DNA from: a virus
Taxonomy: Duplodnaviria; Heunggongvirae; Uroviricota; Caudoviricetes
Reading direction: 5' to 3' (one strand)
Virus record (IMG/VR): IMGVR_UViG_3300028888_001839
Span: 121,001 to 185,000 of that record
Length of the DNA stretch: 64,000 nt
The notes below the pieces were generated by a model. It was not told where the DNA came from, ran no database searches, and was given only the letters and a program-made list of their open reading frames with translations. The position numbers were made by a program, and so were the translations under genes. Each line of letters starts with the position of its first letter. The first letter of the stretch is position 1. This document shows positions 34,254-43,851 of the stretch, one piece after another.

Positions 34254-36521
34254 ATGAACATGAAAGACTTAAGAGAGATGAGGAAAAGCAAGGAAGCCCC
34301 TAAGTGTGGGTTCTGCGGGAAGTCTACAAATGATGGTGCAAACGTAGTCGTGGCCTCAAATGGGTTGTCAATCTGCGACCAGTGTGCAAGGAAGGTTATT
34401 GGGATAGTAGAGGCAGAAGAGGGAAAGGGGAAGAGCATCAAGGAAGAAAAAAGTGGGTTTCCTCTTACAGAAACAGCAGAGAGTGGAAAGAAGGAAGGAA
34501 GATTCGCTCTTGGGAGGATTCCTACGCCTAGAGAAATAGTTGCATTGCTTAATGAGCATGTAATAGGACAGGATGATGTAAAGAAGACTCTTGCAACTGC
34601 CGTGTACAACCATTATAGTAGATTGCGGAGCAGGAAGAGCATCTATGAGGATGACCTAAAGGATGTACAGGTAGAGAAATCAAATATTGTCATGATTGGG
34701 CCTACAGGATGCGGAAAGACTTTGCTCGCAAAGACAATCGCCAAGATTCTCAACGTGCCGTTTGCTATCGCAGATGCGACAACACTCACGGAAGCCGGAT
34801 ATGTCGGAGAGGATGTTGAAAACATTGTAAGGTATCTCTACAACAATGCGGATGGTGATGTGGAGAAAACACAAAACGGGATTATTTGGATTGACGAATG
34901 CTTTCCGGGTGATACAGAGGTGATGACTGAACATGGATTTAAGCAGTTTGACTCACTCTTGCCGACAGATAGAATCATTCAATGGAATGAAGATGGAACT
35001 ATGTCGGTTGTGGATTCAGAACGAATTGTGAAGAAGCCTTATAGTGGGGATTTGTTAACAATACGACATCGGAATGGTGATATAATTCACACGTCAACAC
35101 CTAATCATAATCGTGTTGTCATAGGGAGGGGAAAACACGGCGATAAATGGTATGTGAAGAAGATGGAGGCTATTAAAAGTCTTAATGGTGGCTACTTTGT
35201 TCCAGTTGTTGGGAAATATGATGGCCCAGGCTTTCCAATGTCAGATGCGGAGATTCAGTTCCATGTTGCATTTGCGGCGGATGGAAGTATCAAAAATGGC
35301 AAGTATGGATATATGAGTTTCAAGAAAGACAGAAAAAAAGAACGACTTGATGATATTCTTTCTCGACTTCCAAATCTAAAGTTTTCATATCGGTTTGATG
35401 CAAGGCGGAACTACCATAGTTACTACTTCGGAGACATTTCGAAAATGTCGTTTGTCAATGGGGAGAATAAAAAGTCTTTAGTTATAGACGGATTTATTCA
35501 TGCGACACTTGAGCAGAAGAAGTTATTCATTAATGAACTCCGTTATTGGGATGGACAGATAACATACGGTAGAAAAAACCCTTCTAATTCTATCTTTTTC
35601 ACATCTTCTAAAAAAGAAGAGATAGACTTCGTTCAGACTATAAGTCACCTTTGTGGTTTTTACTGCACATACTTTGAGCGAAAAAAGAAAGGTTATGCCA
35701 ATAGCTATGCTTGTGTATGCCGAGAAAAATCTTATCAAACCCAGCAACACACAACAGTGCAGAAAGAGAATTTCATCGGTGAGGTATACTGTGTGACAGT
35801 TCCGAGCCACATGATAATGATTCGACAGGAAGGGCGAGTTTGTATTACGGGTAATTGCGACAAGATTGCGAGCAAGACGCAGAATGTGTCTATTACGAGG
35901 GATGTAAGCGGGGAGGGAGTGCAGCAGGCATTGCTTAAGATTATAGAGGGAACTACGTGCCGATTCCCTCCTAATGGAGGTCGCAAGCACCCAGACCAGC
36001 CGCTTGTGGAAATTGATACTAGCAACATACTCTTTATCTGTGGGGGGGCTTTTGTTGGGCTTGACAAGATAGTGGAAAAGCGAGTCAAGAGTGAGAATGG
36101 GTCTAGCATAATCGGGTTTGGAGGAGATGCGACAAAGGAGAAGAGGAACCTTTCGCATAGGGTGAGGCCGGAGGATCTTGTGGAGTTCGGATTGATTCCT
36201 GAGTTCGTTGGAAGACTTCCAATCATAGCGGAAATGAGGGAACTTACTGAGGATGAACTTGTCAAGGTGCTCAAGGAGCCGAAGAACAGCATTACCAAGC
36301 AGTATCGGAAACTGTTGCGCCAGAGCGGAATATCGTTAGAGTATGAGGATGCGGCATTGAGGTGTCTGGCAAAGAGGGCAATTGAACGTAAGACTGGGGC
36401 TAGAGGTCTTAGGGCGGAAATGGAAGAGGTCATGAAGGAGATTATGTTCGAAGCACCAGACAATAGGGAGCAGGGGAAGGTTATTGTCATTACGGAAGAG
36501 ATGGTGAGGAATGCTGCATAG
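34254..36521 (+). CDS. clpX: ClpX AAA+ unfoldase, intein-containing
   Basis: C4 zinc finger CGFCGK...ICDQC, VIGQDDVKK.LA.AVYNHY, Walker A GPTGCGKT, TLTEAGYVGEDVE, RDVSGEGVQQALLK, IPEFVGRLP, TGARGLR. Confidence 0.95.
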   Translation: MNMKDLREMRKSKEAPKCGFCGKSTNDGANVVVASNGLSICDQCARKVIGIVEAEEGKGKSIKEEKSGFPLTETAESGKKEGRFALGRIPTPREIVALLNEHVIGQDDVKKTLATAVYNHYSRLRSRKSIYEDDLKDVQVEKSNIVMIGPTGCGKTLLAKTIAKILNVPFAIADATTLTEAGYVGEDVENIVRYLYNNADGDVEKTQNGIIWIDECFPGDTEVMTEHGFKQFDSLLPTDRIIQWNEDGTMSVVDSERIVKKPYSGDLLTIRHRNGDIIHTSTPNHNRVVIGRGKHGDKWYVKKMEAIKSLNGGYFVPVVGKYDGPGFPMSDAEIQFHVAFAADGSIKNGKYGYMSFKKDRKKERLDDILSRLPNLKFSYRFDARRNYHSYYFGDISKMSFVNGENKKSLVIDGFIHATLEQKKLFINELRYWDGQITYGRKNPSNSIFFTSSKKEEIDFVQTISHLCGFYCTYFERKKKGYANSYACVCREKSYQTQQHTTVQKENFIGEVYCVTVPSHMIMIRQEGRVCITGNCDKIASKTQNVSITRDVSGEGVQQALLKIIEGTTCRFPPNGGRKHPDQPLVEIDTSNILFICGGAFVGLDKIVEKRVKSENGSSIIGFGGDATKEKRNLSHRVRPEDLVEFGLIPEFVGRLPIIAEMRELTEDELVKVLKEPKNSITKQYRKLLRQSGISLEYEDAALRCLAKRAIERKTGARGLRAEMEEVMKEIMFEAPDNREQGKVIVITEEMVRNAA
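34899..35855 (+). mobile_element. intein with LAGLIDADG-type endonuclease at the ClpX Walker B motif (319 aa)
   Basis: IDE|CFPGDT...TPNHN...AFAADGS...ELRYWDG...VYCVTVP...ITGN|CDKI. Confidence 0.9.
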
Positions 36522-36685
36522 CGGAGCAACAAAGCAGTATACGAGGCGTCTTAACAGCAATGGAGGAGATGTTGCCCCGACCATATGCACTACGATATGC
36601 AAAGGCACTCAGCGGCAGTTGGACAATGCAGGATGTTATGTGTTAGACTTCTATAGGGAAAAACCTTCTAAGGTTCTATCCCCTC

Positions 36686-36715
36686 TTGAAAGCCTCGATC
36701 AAAGTGTGGTACAAT
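36686..36715 (+). promoter_or_regulatory. sigma70-like phage promoter
   Basis: TTGAAA-18bp-TACAAT. Confidence 0.75.
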
Positions 36716-36763
36716 GTATGACATCAAACCAAGAAACAAGGACAATAGAATAAGGAGACAGCA

Positions 36764-36958
36764 ATGGGAGTAAATCCAGACGGAACTCATAGTTTTCACG
36801 ACCTAGACGATACATGGTATCGGTATCTAAAGGCAGACAGGAAAGAGCGCAAGCAGATGTGCGAAGAAGCATTGGCTATAGAAGGAATAGTATATTTCTT
36901 TGGATTAGTAGTGGTGCTAGTCGGAGCCATATATGCATTATGTAAGGGGTGGATTTGA
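36764..36958 (+). CDS. small membrane protein
   Basis: 64 aa, C-terminal hydrophobic helix, AAGGAG SD. Confidence 0.65.
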   Translation: MGVNPDGTHSFHDLDDTWYRYLKADRKERKQMCEEALAIEGIVYFFGLVVVLVGAIYALCKGWI

Positions 36959-37131
36959 TGCCGAAAGAAAAACAAAAGTTTCATGGGTTTGAGTCTCCAT
37001 TGGAAGCATTGAACCATTATTACAAGCACCAGTTGAATGGGCGACATACTGACTGCTTTGAGTTTAGGCAGGAAAGAGCCTTGTTGGAATGGCTATTTGC
37101 GAGAGACTTGGATAGGAGTGAAAATGCCTAG
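36958..37131 (+). CDS. small hypothetical protein
   Basis: TGATG overlap with the previous gene. Confidence 0.5.
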   Translation: MPKEKQKFHGFESPLEALNHYYKHQLNGRHTDCFEFRQERALLEWLFARDLDRSENA

Positions 37132-37630
37132 ATTTATCAGAGTAACAAAAGACAATCGGAACAAAGACCGTGGATTCATCGCAGTAGATGCGATATGCGC
37201 AGTGTTCGAGAACCAAGATTCACACAATACGGAAATCATGACGATGGATGGTTTCTGGTATGAGGTTGTAGATGGGGTGGAAAAGGTCTATGCTGATGTG
37301 ACAGGGGTAGACAAACCTAAAGAAGGAGAAGAGAAAGAGAACCCGACCCCAGAAGTAGAAGGAGAAAAGCCTGACAAGTTCCAATTTGCGAAGCACCGGA
37401 GATTTGTCGCTCCAGCAGTCTCGGAAGATGCTTCTCCAAAGAGCCATGAGGAGTCTCGGGTTTTCAAAAGACGGAACTTCTCATATCCGAAGAAAGGGTA
37501 TGGGCAGAAGAAGTATGGCAACGGAAGGGTTTCTCGCACTAGGGATTTTCCCTCGGGTGAGGGAGAAGGGCAGCATGGTTCTAAGTTGAGGGCGGTGGAT
37601 TTCACCCCGCCAGATACCGAGGGACTGTGA
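37124..37630 (+). CDS. hypothetical protein
   Basis: AGGAG SD before ATG 37124. Confidence 0.7.
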   Translation: MPRFIRVTKDNRNKDRGFIAVDAICAVFENQDSHNTEIMTMDGFWYEVVDGVEKVYADVTGVDKPKEGEEKENPTPEVEGEKPDKFQFAKHRRFVAPAVSEDASPKSHEESRVFKRRNFSYPKKGYGQKKYGNGRVSRTRDFPSGEGEGQHGSKLRAVDFTPPDTEGL

Positions 37631-37723
37631 TGCTCGCCGCCGCCACTCCCGAACAATCCGCACAACGGGTTGTTTCATTGTAGGTTAATGGGGTGGCGGC
37701 GGCAGTTTTTCAATGAGGTTAAA

Positions 37724-38161
37724 ATGAGACTTTGGCCATTAGCGATTTTAGACCAGTTGCCAAGGCAGCAGTTGCTTGGGCAGCATCGTGAGTGCTGTGC
37801 ATTGCGTGGACAGGGATGGGGGCGAAAGCATAGTACGGTAGATTATGTTTTCCTACATCACCCTTACTTCCTCGTTAGATACCATGAGAAAGTAATGTAT
37901 GAGATGGAGCGAAGAGGGTATGCGGTGAGGGATGAGGACTGGTGGAATAGGTTTTATAGGGGAAAATCACTTGGGTATGCGGAAGGGATGAAATTCAAGG
38001 GATGGTATGGGATAATAATCTATCCTAATCCTTTCGAGGAACGGATATACCCGGAACACGATGAGAAGTATCTCGATGAGTGTATCGCCAATCTTGCGGT
38101 AAAGGGAGTTAAGATAGATAGGAACATGGCTTTGAAAAGGATGAAAGGTGCTTGTCAATGA
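37724..38161 (+). CDS. TIGR02328 / pyrimidine-dimer glycosylase (endonuclease V-like) family protein
   Basis: MRLW...LPRQQLLGQHRECCALRG.GWG.KHSTVDYVF...YH..VM.EM..RGY. Confidence 0.88.
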   Translation: MRLWPLAILDQLPRQQLLGQHRECCALRGQGWGRKHSTVDYVFLHHPYFLVRYHEKVMYEMERRGYAVRDEDWWNRFYRGKSLGYAEGMKFKGWYGIIIYPNPFEERIYPEHDEKYLDECIANLAVKGVKIDRNMALKRMKGACQ

Positions 38162-38418
38162 GTCTTTATCATGTAACTCCTAAAGAAAATGTGGAATCTA
38201 TTTTGAAATCAGGATTACTGCGTTGCCATGGAGACCACAAGTCTGCATTTGTTTTTTTGTCTGAAAAGCGTGATAGTTGGTTTGTAGATGGGCTTGTGCT
38301 TCTTGAGGTTAACATAGAAGGATTGAATTGTAGAGTTACTTTGCCATGCATAGATAACACGGATGAGGTTTGTGTATGGGGGGACATTCCTCCAAATAGA
38401 ATAAAGGTGGTAGCATGA
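38152..38418 (+). CDS. minimal ART-fold / Tpt1-like protein
   Basis: LYHVT...V.SILKSGL...VFLS. Confidence 0.5.
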   Translation: MSMSLYHVTPKENVESILKSGLLRCHGDHKSAFVFLSEKRDSWFVDGLVLLEVNIEGLNCRVTLPCIDNTDEVCVWGDIPPNRIKVVA

Positions 38419-38813
38419 CACGAGATGAGAGGCATAGATGGCTTTTCGCCCACAAAGACGGGAAGAAGATTACCTTCACTCAGGGAGGGATGCCTTTCCG
38501 CATACTGAAGGATGGAGCTCGGTTTGGGGGTGTCGTACACATTGGAGATACTAAGTGTAGGATTCGGATTTTGAGGAATCAGAAAGCAGAGAGAGGAAAG
38601 AGGAATGAAGTCAGGTTCCCTGATGTTGAATGGAAATGCCTTGAAGATGGTGTGGGGGATGGACTTTGGACAAACGAAGTCGAAGACTGTGATAGTACCC
38701 TTGTTGGATACATGGAAATCACTGGGAATTGGAAAGAGGGGACTGGGAGATGTATCTTCCACCCAGTTGGAGAGAAGGAGGAAAGCGATAGATTGGGTAA
38801 AACACGTACATGA
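38415..38813 (+). CDS. hypothetical protein
   Basis: 132 aa, ATGA overlap. Confidence 0.6.
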   Translation: MTRDERHRWLFAHKDGKKITFTQGGMPFRILKDGARFGGVVHIGDTKCRIRILRNQKAERGKRNEVRFPDVEWKCLEDGVGDGLWTNEVEDCDSTLVGYMEITGNWKEGTGRCIFHPVGEKEESDRLGKTRT

Positions 38814-39100
38814 GATTAAAGAAATGACACGGGACTATTACAACCTTTGCGAAGCATCACGGCAAACAGAAAATCGTTTTGATGGATTTGGCATAAAGTA
38901 GGATGAGTGTCAGACAATCCAGTATAATGTGTTGCATGATGTTTTCTCTAGCAATGGATTTGCAAGGGATGTAGACAGTTATGACGATGGAGAACGACAC
39001 ATTCCTCAAAAAGAGCGATAGTGACTATGCCTGACTATAGAGGGATTGCTGTCGTATGTAGTTGGTAATAAAGTGTCAAGAAAAGTCAAAGGAAAACACA

Positions 39101-41062
39101 ATGAATGCTTTATGGAATAGGTTTGATTATATCGGTCTTGTCTGTTATACTGGGTATACGGATAGATTTCGCGAGCTAAAGCCGGAACTAGAAAGAGTTG
39201 GCCTATTGGGTAAGGTTAAACTACATTGGGATTTCCCCTCAGTATATAGGGATAAATTATTCAATGCCGTAGGCAAGAGTAGTTATAATGCCAAAGGTGG
39301 TTCTTTTTATATGGGGGTAAACCATTACAATATCATCAAGACCGCACAACAGCTAGGATGTAATTCCGTCCTTGTAATGGAAGATGACATTAGGTTTTTG
39401 ACCGATTTGAATCTACTTAAAAAGATTGTTGAGACGATTCCGGAAGATTATGACATCGCCCTTTTCGACAGAAGCAAGCCTGGTGATGAAAGCATAGATG
39501 AGTTCGTATCTGATGTGCAAAATCGGATGGTGAGTACATATTGGAGAGAATACGATAAGGCATCTTCTTGTGGGATGTATGCGCTATCAAAAAAAGGAAT
39601 GGATAGGTATCTAACTATCCTTGAAAAAGAGGTAAATAGAGGAGCGATTCGGAACTCTGATTTCTATTTCAAGAGGAAATGGAATGGAGAGACTTATTGG
39701 GATGATAGCTCTCGCCTTTACTTTGCTTTCCCTAATATAGCAGTGCAGGTTGTCGCAGGAAAGCATGGGGCTCACTGTGATATGAGTTCTTACTGGGAGC
39801 GGAATGAATTGTGCGGGCTTAAACAAGAGGACTATAACATGAAACCAGTAGTGACAAAAGGGTCGTTCTTAAAGGATCTTTATAAGGCTGCGGATAGAGA
39901 AGTGAACGAAAAAGCAGTGCTAACCACGGAAAGCAATGGCATAGGGTTCTGTAAGTGTGGTCTAAACAAGATCATACCATCTGTTTTTAGGCGGATGGAT
40001 ATTAAAGATACATATAATGCAGGCAAGTACGACTGGTGTTTTATCTGGGGAAACGGGAATACACAAAAAAACACGGATTCATTGACAATTGCATATCGTG
40101 ACGAAGCTCCGATAGTTTTATGCGAAGACGGTTTCATTAGAAGCTATGATACATTTGTGAATGGAGGTATTGCATGGAAGTACCGACAGAGTCATTCTCT
40201 ACTATTCGATACAAGAGCATATTATTTCGATGCCACAAGGATTAGTACGATAGAACTTATGCTAAATGATAAAAATCTAAAATGTACCGAAGAGCAGAAA
40301 AGCGAAGCCAAGCGATTGATTGAGAAAATAGTAACGAACAAAATATCCAAATACAATCATCAGGAAATTTTTGTGCCAAGAATAGGGCGAAATGGTGTTA
40401 GAAAAGTTCTTGTAGTAGATCAGTCATACGGAGATTTCTCAATAAAGAGAGGTCTCGCTGATGATTCAACATTTGACAAAATGTTGCAAGCCGCCGTAGA
40501 AGAGAATCCTGATGCAGATGTTCTAGTGAAAACACACCCGGACACTATGGCAGGGAAAAAGGCAGAAAAAAAAGGGTACTATCAAGATTTGGTAGAGCAT
40601 GATAATATCTACAAGGTAACTTTTCCGATAAATCCATACTCTCTGCTTGAAGTGTGTGACAAGGTTTATGTGTGTTCTTCGCAGTTCGGGGTTGAGGCCC
40701 TTATGGCAGGGAAGGAAGTCCATGTGTTTGGTATGCCGTTTTATGCTGGATGGGGTCTTACGATAGATGCCCAGCATTTGGAGCGGAGAACGAACAAGCG
40801 AACACTTGAAGAACTCTTCTACATATTCTACTGTATGTATACACATTGGTTTGACCCTGAAAAAGGATGTGAGACAACGATAGATGCCGTCATTGATAAG
40901 ATGATAAGACTACGAACTGAATACAAGAGTAGGAAAGTGGCAGCTATGATGTCATGCGAAGATGATGGTTTTGGGTATAGGGCCCCTTCAAATAATGTTA
41001 GGACACCGTTTGCACCCCAAATATCTACAAGAACAAAACTAGTTGTTCTTCCAAGAATTTAG
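39101..41062 (+). CDS. GT25-like glycosyltransferase fused to a KpsC-like (Capsule_synth) domain
   Basis: N-terminal LVMEDDI; C-terminal EDGFIRS, LVVDQ..GD.SI, KTHP, SSQFGVEALMAGK.V..FGMPFYAGWG. Confidence 0.85.
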   Translation: MNALWNRFDYIGLVCYTGYTDRFRELKPELERVGLLGKVKLHWDFPSVYRDKLFNAVGKSSYNAKGGSFYMGVNHYNIIKTAQQLGCNSVLVMEDDIRFLTDLNLLKKIVETIPEDYDIALFDRSKPGDESIDEFVSDVQNRMVSTYWREYDKASSCGMYALSKKGMDRYLTILEKEVNRGAIRNSDFYFKRKWNGETYWDDSSRLYFAFPNIAVQVVAGKHGAHCDMSSYWERNELCGLKQEDYNMKPVVTKGSFLKDLYKAADREVNEKAVLTTESNGIGFCKCGLNKIIPSVFRRMDIKDTYNAGKYDWCFIWGNGNTQKNTDSLTIAYRDEAPIVLCEDGFIRSYDTFVNGGIAWKYRQSHSLLFDTRAYYFDATRISTIELMLNDKNLKCTEEQKSEAKRLIEKIVTNKISKYNHQEIFVPRIGRNGVRKVLVVDQSYGDFSIKRGLADDSTFDKMLQAAVEENPDADVLVKTHPDTMAGKKAEKKGYYQDLVEHDNIYKVTFPINPYSLLEVCDKVYVCSSQFGVEALMAGKEVHVFGMPFYAGWGLTIDAQHLERRTNKRTLEELFYIFYCMYTHWFDPEKGCETTIDAVIDKMIRLRTEYKSRKVAAMMSCEDDGFGYRAPSNNVRTPFAPQISTRTKLVVLPRI

Positions 41063-41145
41063 ATGATTTAACACTAGGATAAAGTTGAAGAATTGGCATT
41101 TAGTAGGTAAGATTCCGCCCCGATATATGAAAAGAGAGGTGGGTT

Positions 41146-41877
41146 ATGAAGAAACTACTTGGATGCCTATGGCTCGCAATGCTCTTATGCTGGATAGCAG
41201 GAATCCCTATCATTAGCACTGCATATGCGACGGATGCGGATGAAGAAGATGCCTCTTCTACCGTAGTTGCCATCGACATATACTCATTTTGTCTCAACCT
41301 TAAGGTTCCGCAGGTGCTCGACAATACAAAGTCATTAGGATACAGGAAGTATCAAACACAACGGATAAAGGGAGATATGTATATCAAGTGGCTGGACGAT
41401 GGATCATTTGCGATAGAGTTCGGAAACTTGAAAAACAGTAGGTTTAAGGTTAATGGAGCTTATGTAACCTATAAGGGATATGAAGATTCAGATGTAGTAT
41501 ATACCAGGTACAATTACATAGGGAGCAACAAAACAGAGGCTTTCAGGACGCCGTGCCTTTGCTTTTATCTTGAACTAGAACCTTCATATGCAAAAGGTGG
41601 TAATACTGAGGATAACTCTTTCTATGTTCTTTTGGCAGGTACTGGTAGTTCATCGTTCAAAAGAACGTATGGAAGTAGGATAGCCACTAGGTTTCATGGG
41701 TATGCGGCGGGGACGCAAGGGTGTGGATGCGCAGCATATTCTCACAAGTCTCCAACTCGGAATGCTACGATAGTAGGACCTATGGATGGGGTTAGTGATG
41801 TTGTAGCCACATATGGCACATGGAGTGCAACGTGGAAGAGAAGGATGATGTGTGGTGGACTGTCAGTGCTGCGATAG
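41146..41877 (+). CDS. secreted Cys-containing hypothetical protein
   Basis: Signal peptide ending AYA; GAGG SD. Confidence 0.7.
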   Translation: MKKLLGCLWLAMLLCWIAGIPIISTAYATDADEEDASSTVVAIDIYSFCLNLKVPQVLDNTKSLGYRKYQTQRIKGDMYIKWLDDGSFAIEFGNLKNSRFKVNGAYVTYKGYEDSDVVYTRYNYIGSNKTEAFRTPCLCFYLELEPSYAKGGNTEDNSFYVLLAGTGSSSFKRTYGSRIATRFHGYAAGTQGCGCAAYSHKSPTRNATIVGPMDGVSDVVATYGTWSATWKRRMMCGGLSVLR

Positions 41878-41878
41878 A

Positions 41879-42493
41879 ATGTGCTGCGATGAAGAAGTGC
41901 CAGAGGCGGTAGCACAGGATGCTTCCGTCTCTGGCATGAAATATCCTTTGTCAGAGACGCTACGGAAAAGGATACGTAGAACGAAGTCCCTCATTGAGTA
42001 TGTTCCTAGGGAGAGAGCAAGGAAGATAATTGCAGAAGGTGTGTCTCTCATTAAGACGATACCGACAGAAGAGGATCATCGTCGCATAGCGATGTATATT
42101 ATGCGGGTATTCGATGGAAGGGCAACCAGAGATAGCCTAATCGCTTATCTAATGCGCATTGGGGGTGTGGACTATGCAAGAGCGCAGATGATAGCCGATG
42201 ACCAGTTGAATAAGGCTTCTGAAAGGTTTCTAGTGGAGAAATGGAGAGGGCAGGGATGCGAACTAGTGAAGTGGGTGCATAAGGGAGAGACAAATCCAAG
42301 GGTGTATCATCTACGGAAGTGGAATGGAGTTAGTGGGAAGAGGAATGGACGACCAAATGGGTTGAACGGATATATATTCCAGATTGACAGACCTCCAATA
42401 ATAGACCTCAAGACAAAAGAGAGAGGATACCCTGGGCAGATGATCAACTGCAAGTGTCGGCTAGAACCGATTTGGGTCAAAAAAAACAACTAG
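41879..42493 (+). CDS. phage Mu gpF-like minor head protein
   Basis: IADDQ..K, WVH...PR..H, NG.IF..D.PP, PGQ.INCKC. Confidence 0.85.
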   Translation: MCCDEEVPEAVAQDASVSGMKYPLSETLRKRIRRTKSLIEYVPRERARKIIAEGVSLIKTIPTEEDHRRIAMYIMRVFDGRATRDSLIAYLMRIGGVDYARAQMIADDQLNKASERFLVEKWRGQGCELVKWVHKGETNPRVYHLRKWNGVSGKRNGRPNGLNGYIFQIDRPPIIDLKTKERGYPGQMINCKCRLEPIWVKKNN

Positions 42494-42510
42494 GTTTTCT
42501 CTATACCCTC

Positions 42511-42540
42511 TTTACAGCCTAAATAAAAACAGGGTATAAT
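42511..42540 (+). promoter_or_regulatory. sigma70-like phage promoter
   Basis: TTTACA-18bp-TATAAT followed by ATGCGCCGT. Confidence 0.75.
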
Positions 42541-42621
42541 ATGCGCCGTGAAAAACAAGGCGAAATTAAAGAACCTAATGGCATTTCTTGATTAGTAAAA
42601 CTATGTCAAGGAGATACCGAT

Positions 42622-43434
42622 ATGGGAGTTTTTAGCGACAATTTCTATAGTTGGCTCGACAAGGAGCATGAGGCAGAAAAGGCTGCGATGGATGCTAGTC
42701 CAAACGGGTACAAGCACCCAGACGGCTCTCCATGTCGTGCGAAGTCTATTGATACATGTCCTTATTACTAGAAAGAACAGCACGAGGCAGTGAAGGTTGA
42801 TGCATTAGACCCAGTTGCTAATGTCCAATTAAAGTCTACTTCACAAGAGTACAATGGTATAAAGAAAGGTGCAGACCCTGAGAGCCAGAATGTGAAAGCC
42901 GTTCGTCTTGACGAACTTACGACAATGAAGCCTGGTTCTACTAAAAGCAAGTACAGAGAACTTAGAAATGCCGCATTCGCAGCGCTTATGAAGAAGAAAA
43001 AAGCGGGTGAGAATGTAAATGGCACTTACCCACTAGACGACCCAGAGCATAAGGTGACACACAAGGACAAGGATGGGAAGGATGTCCCTGGTTTCGCAGA
43101 CGGATGGCAGGTTTCGTTTCAGACTACTAACGGAGAGGGTTTTAACAAACGATCGAAAGATGGCAGGTTCGTATCGGATGAGGATTACGATAGGATTGTA
43201 GACGAACTTGCTGAAGAGACTCATTCAAAGCCGTATCTCGGTGTCTTCGGTGATATACCAGAGATTTCTTTTAGATGCAAGACATACAAGCAGGCAATGG
43301 AGATTGCTAAGAGGTTTAACCAAGTGTCCATTGCAAACAATGCAAGGATAGCACAAGACATCTGGGATGGGTGGACATTCCCAACTAACCACGACTACGA
43401 TTGGCGCGGAAACCAGACTTTTGTAATGAAATAA
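42622..43434 (+). pseudogene. putative capsid-cargo gene interrupted by a single in-frame TAG (42769-42771)
   Basis: SD AAGGAG + ATG 42622; AAMDA and CRAKSIDTCPYY, then TAG, then an open frame continuing into ORF 42790-43434. Confidence 0.6.
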
Positions 43435-43447
43435 AGAAAGGATAACA

Positions 43448-43762
43448 ATGAGCAACGAAAAGAAAACAAAGGCACAGTTCCAAGTTTTCCAGAAGGGGCT
43501 TGACTACTTTCTGGATAATGAGTTCTGGGCTGACTTGTACAATAGCGCACCAGATGGAGCGAAGGGGTGGCTAGAAAGCGAATTCGATGCCTCTATGCGC
43601 TTAGAGAACGGAGAGGAACCACCAAAGGGAGAAGATCCCAATATGGAGAAGGTGCGTGAGAAGATGAAGAAGTCTGATTGGGAATGGCTCATCAAGTTTG
43701 ATTGTCGTCACCCGAAGCAGAAGGAATATTTCAAGAGGATGGCAGAGAAGGCATCTGACTAG
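43448..43762 (+). CDS. small acidic hypothetical protein, possible partner of the upstream gene
   Basis: 104 aa, AAGGA SD. Confidence 0.7.
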   Translation: MSNEKKTKAQFQVFQKGLDYFLDNEFWADLYNSAPDGAKGWLESEFDASMRLENGEEPPKGEDPNMEKVREKMKKSDWEWLIKFDCRHPKQKEYFKRMAEKASD

Positions 43763-43810
43763 AGACTATATCTTTCTGGATGAATAGCAAGACTGACTTG
43801 TTTCTGACAT

Positions 43811-43843
43811 TGGCGGAATGAAAAATTCCGCCATTTTCTTTTT
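43811..43843 (+). terminator. intrinsic terminator
   Basis: TGGCGGAAT-GAAAA-ATTCCGCCA followed by T-run. Confidence 0.75.
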
Positions 43844-43851
43844 ACCCCCCA

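Noticed and set aside
38815-39060. Short ORF fragments between hypothetical genes and the glycosyltransferase
   Set aside because: No motif, SD or clear frame. Possibly a decayed gene, but this cannot be supported.
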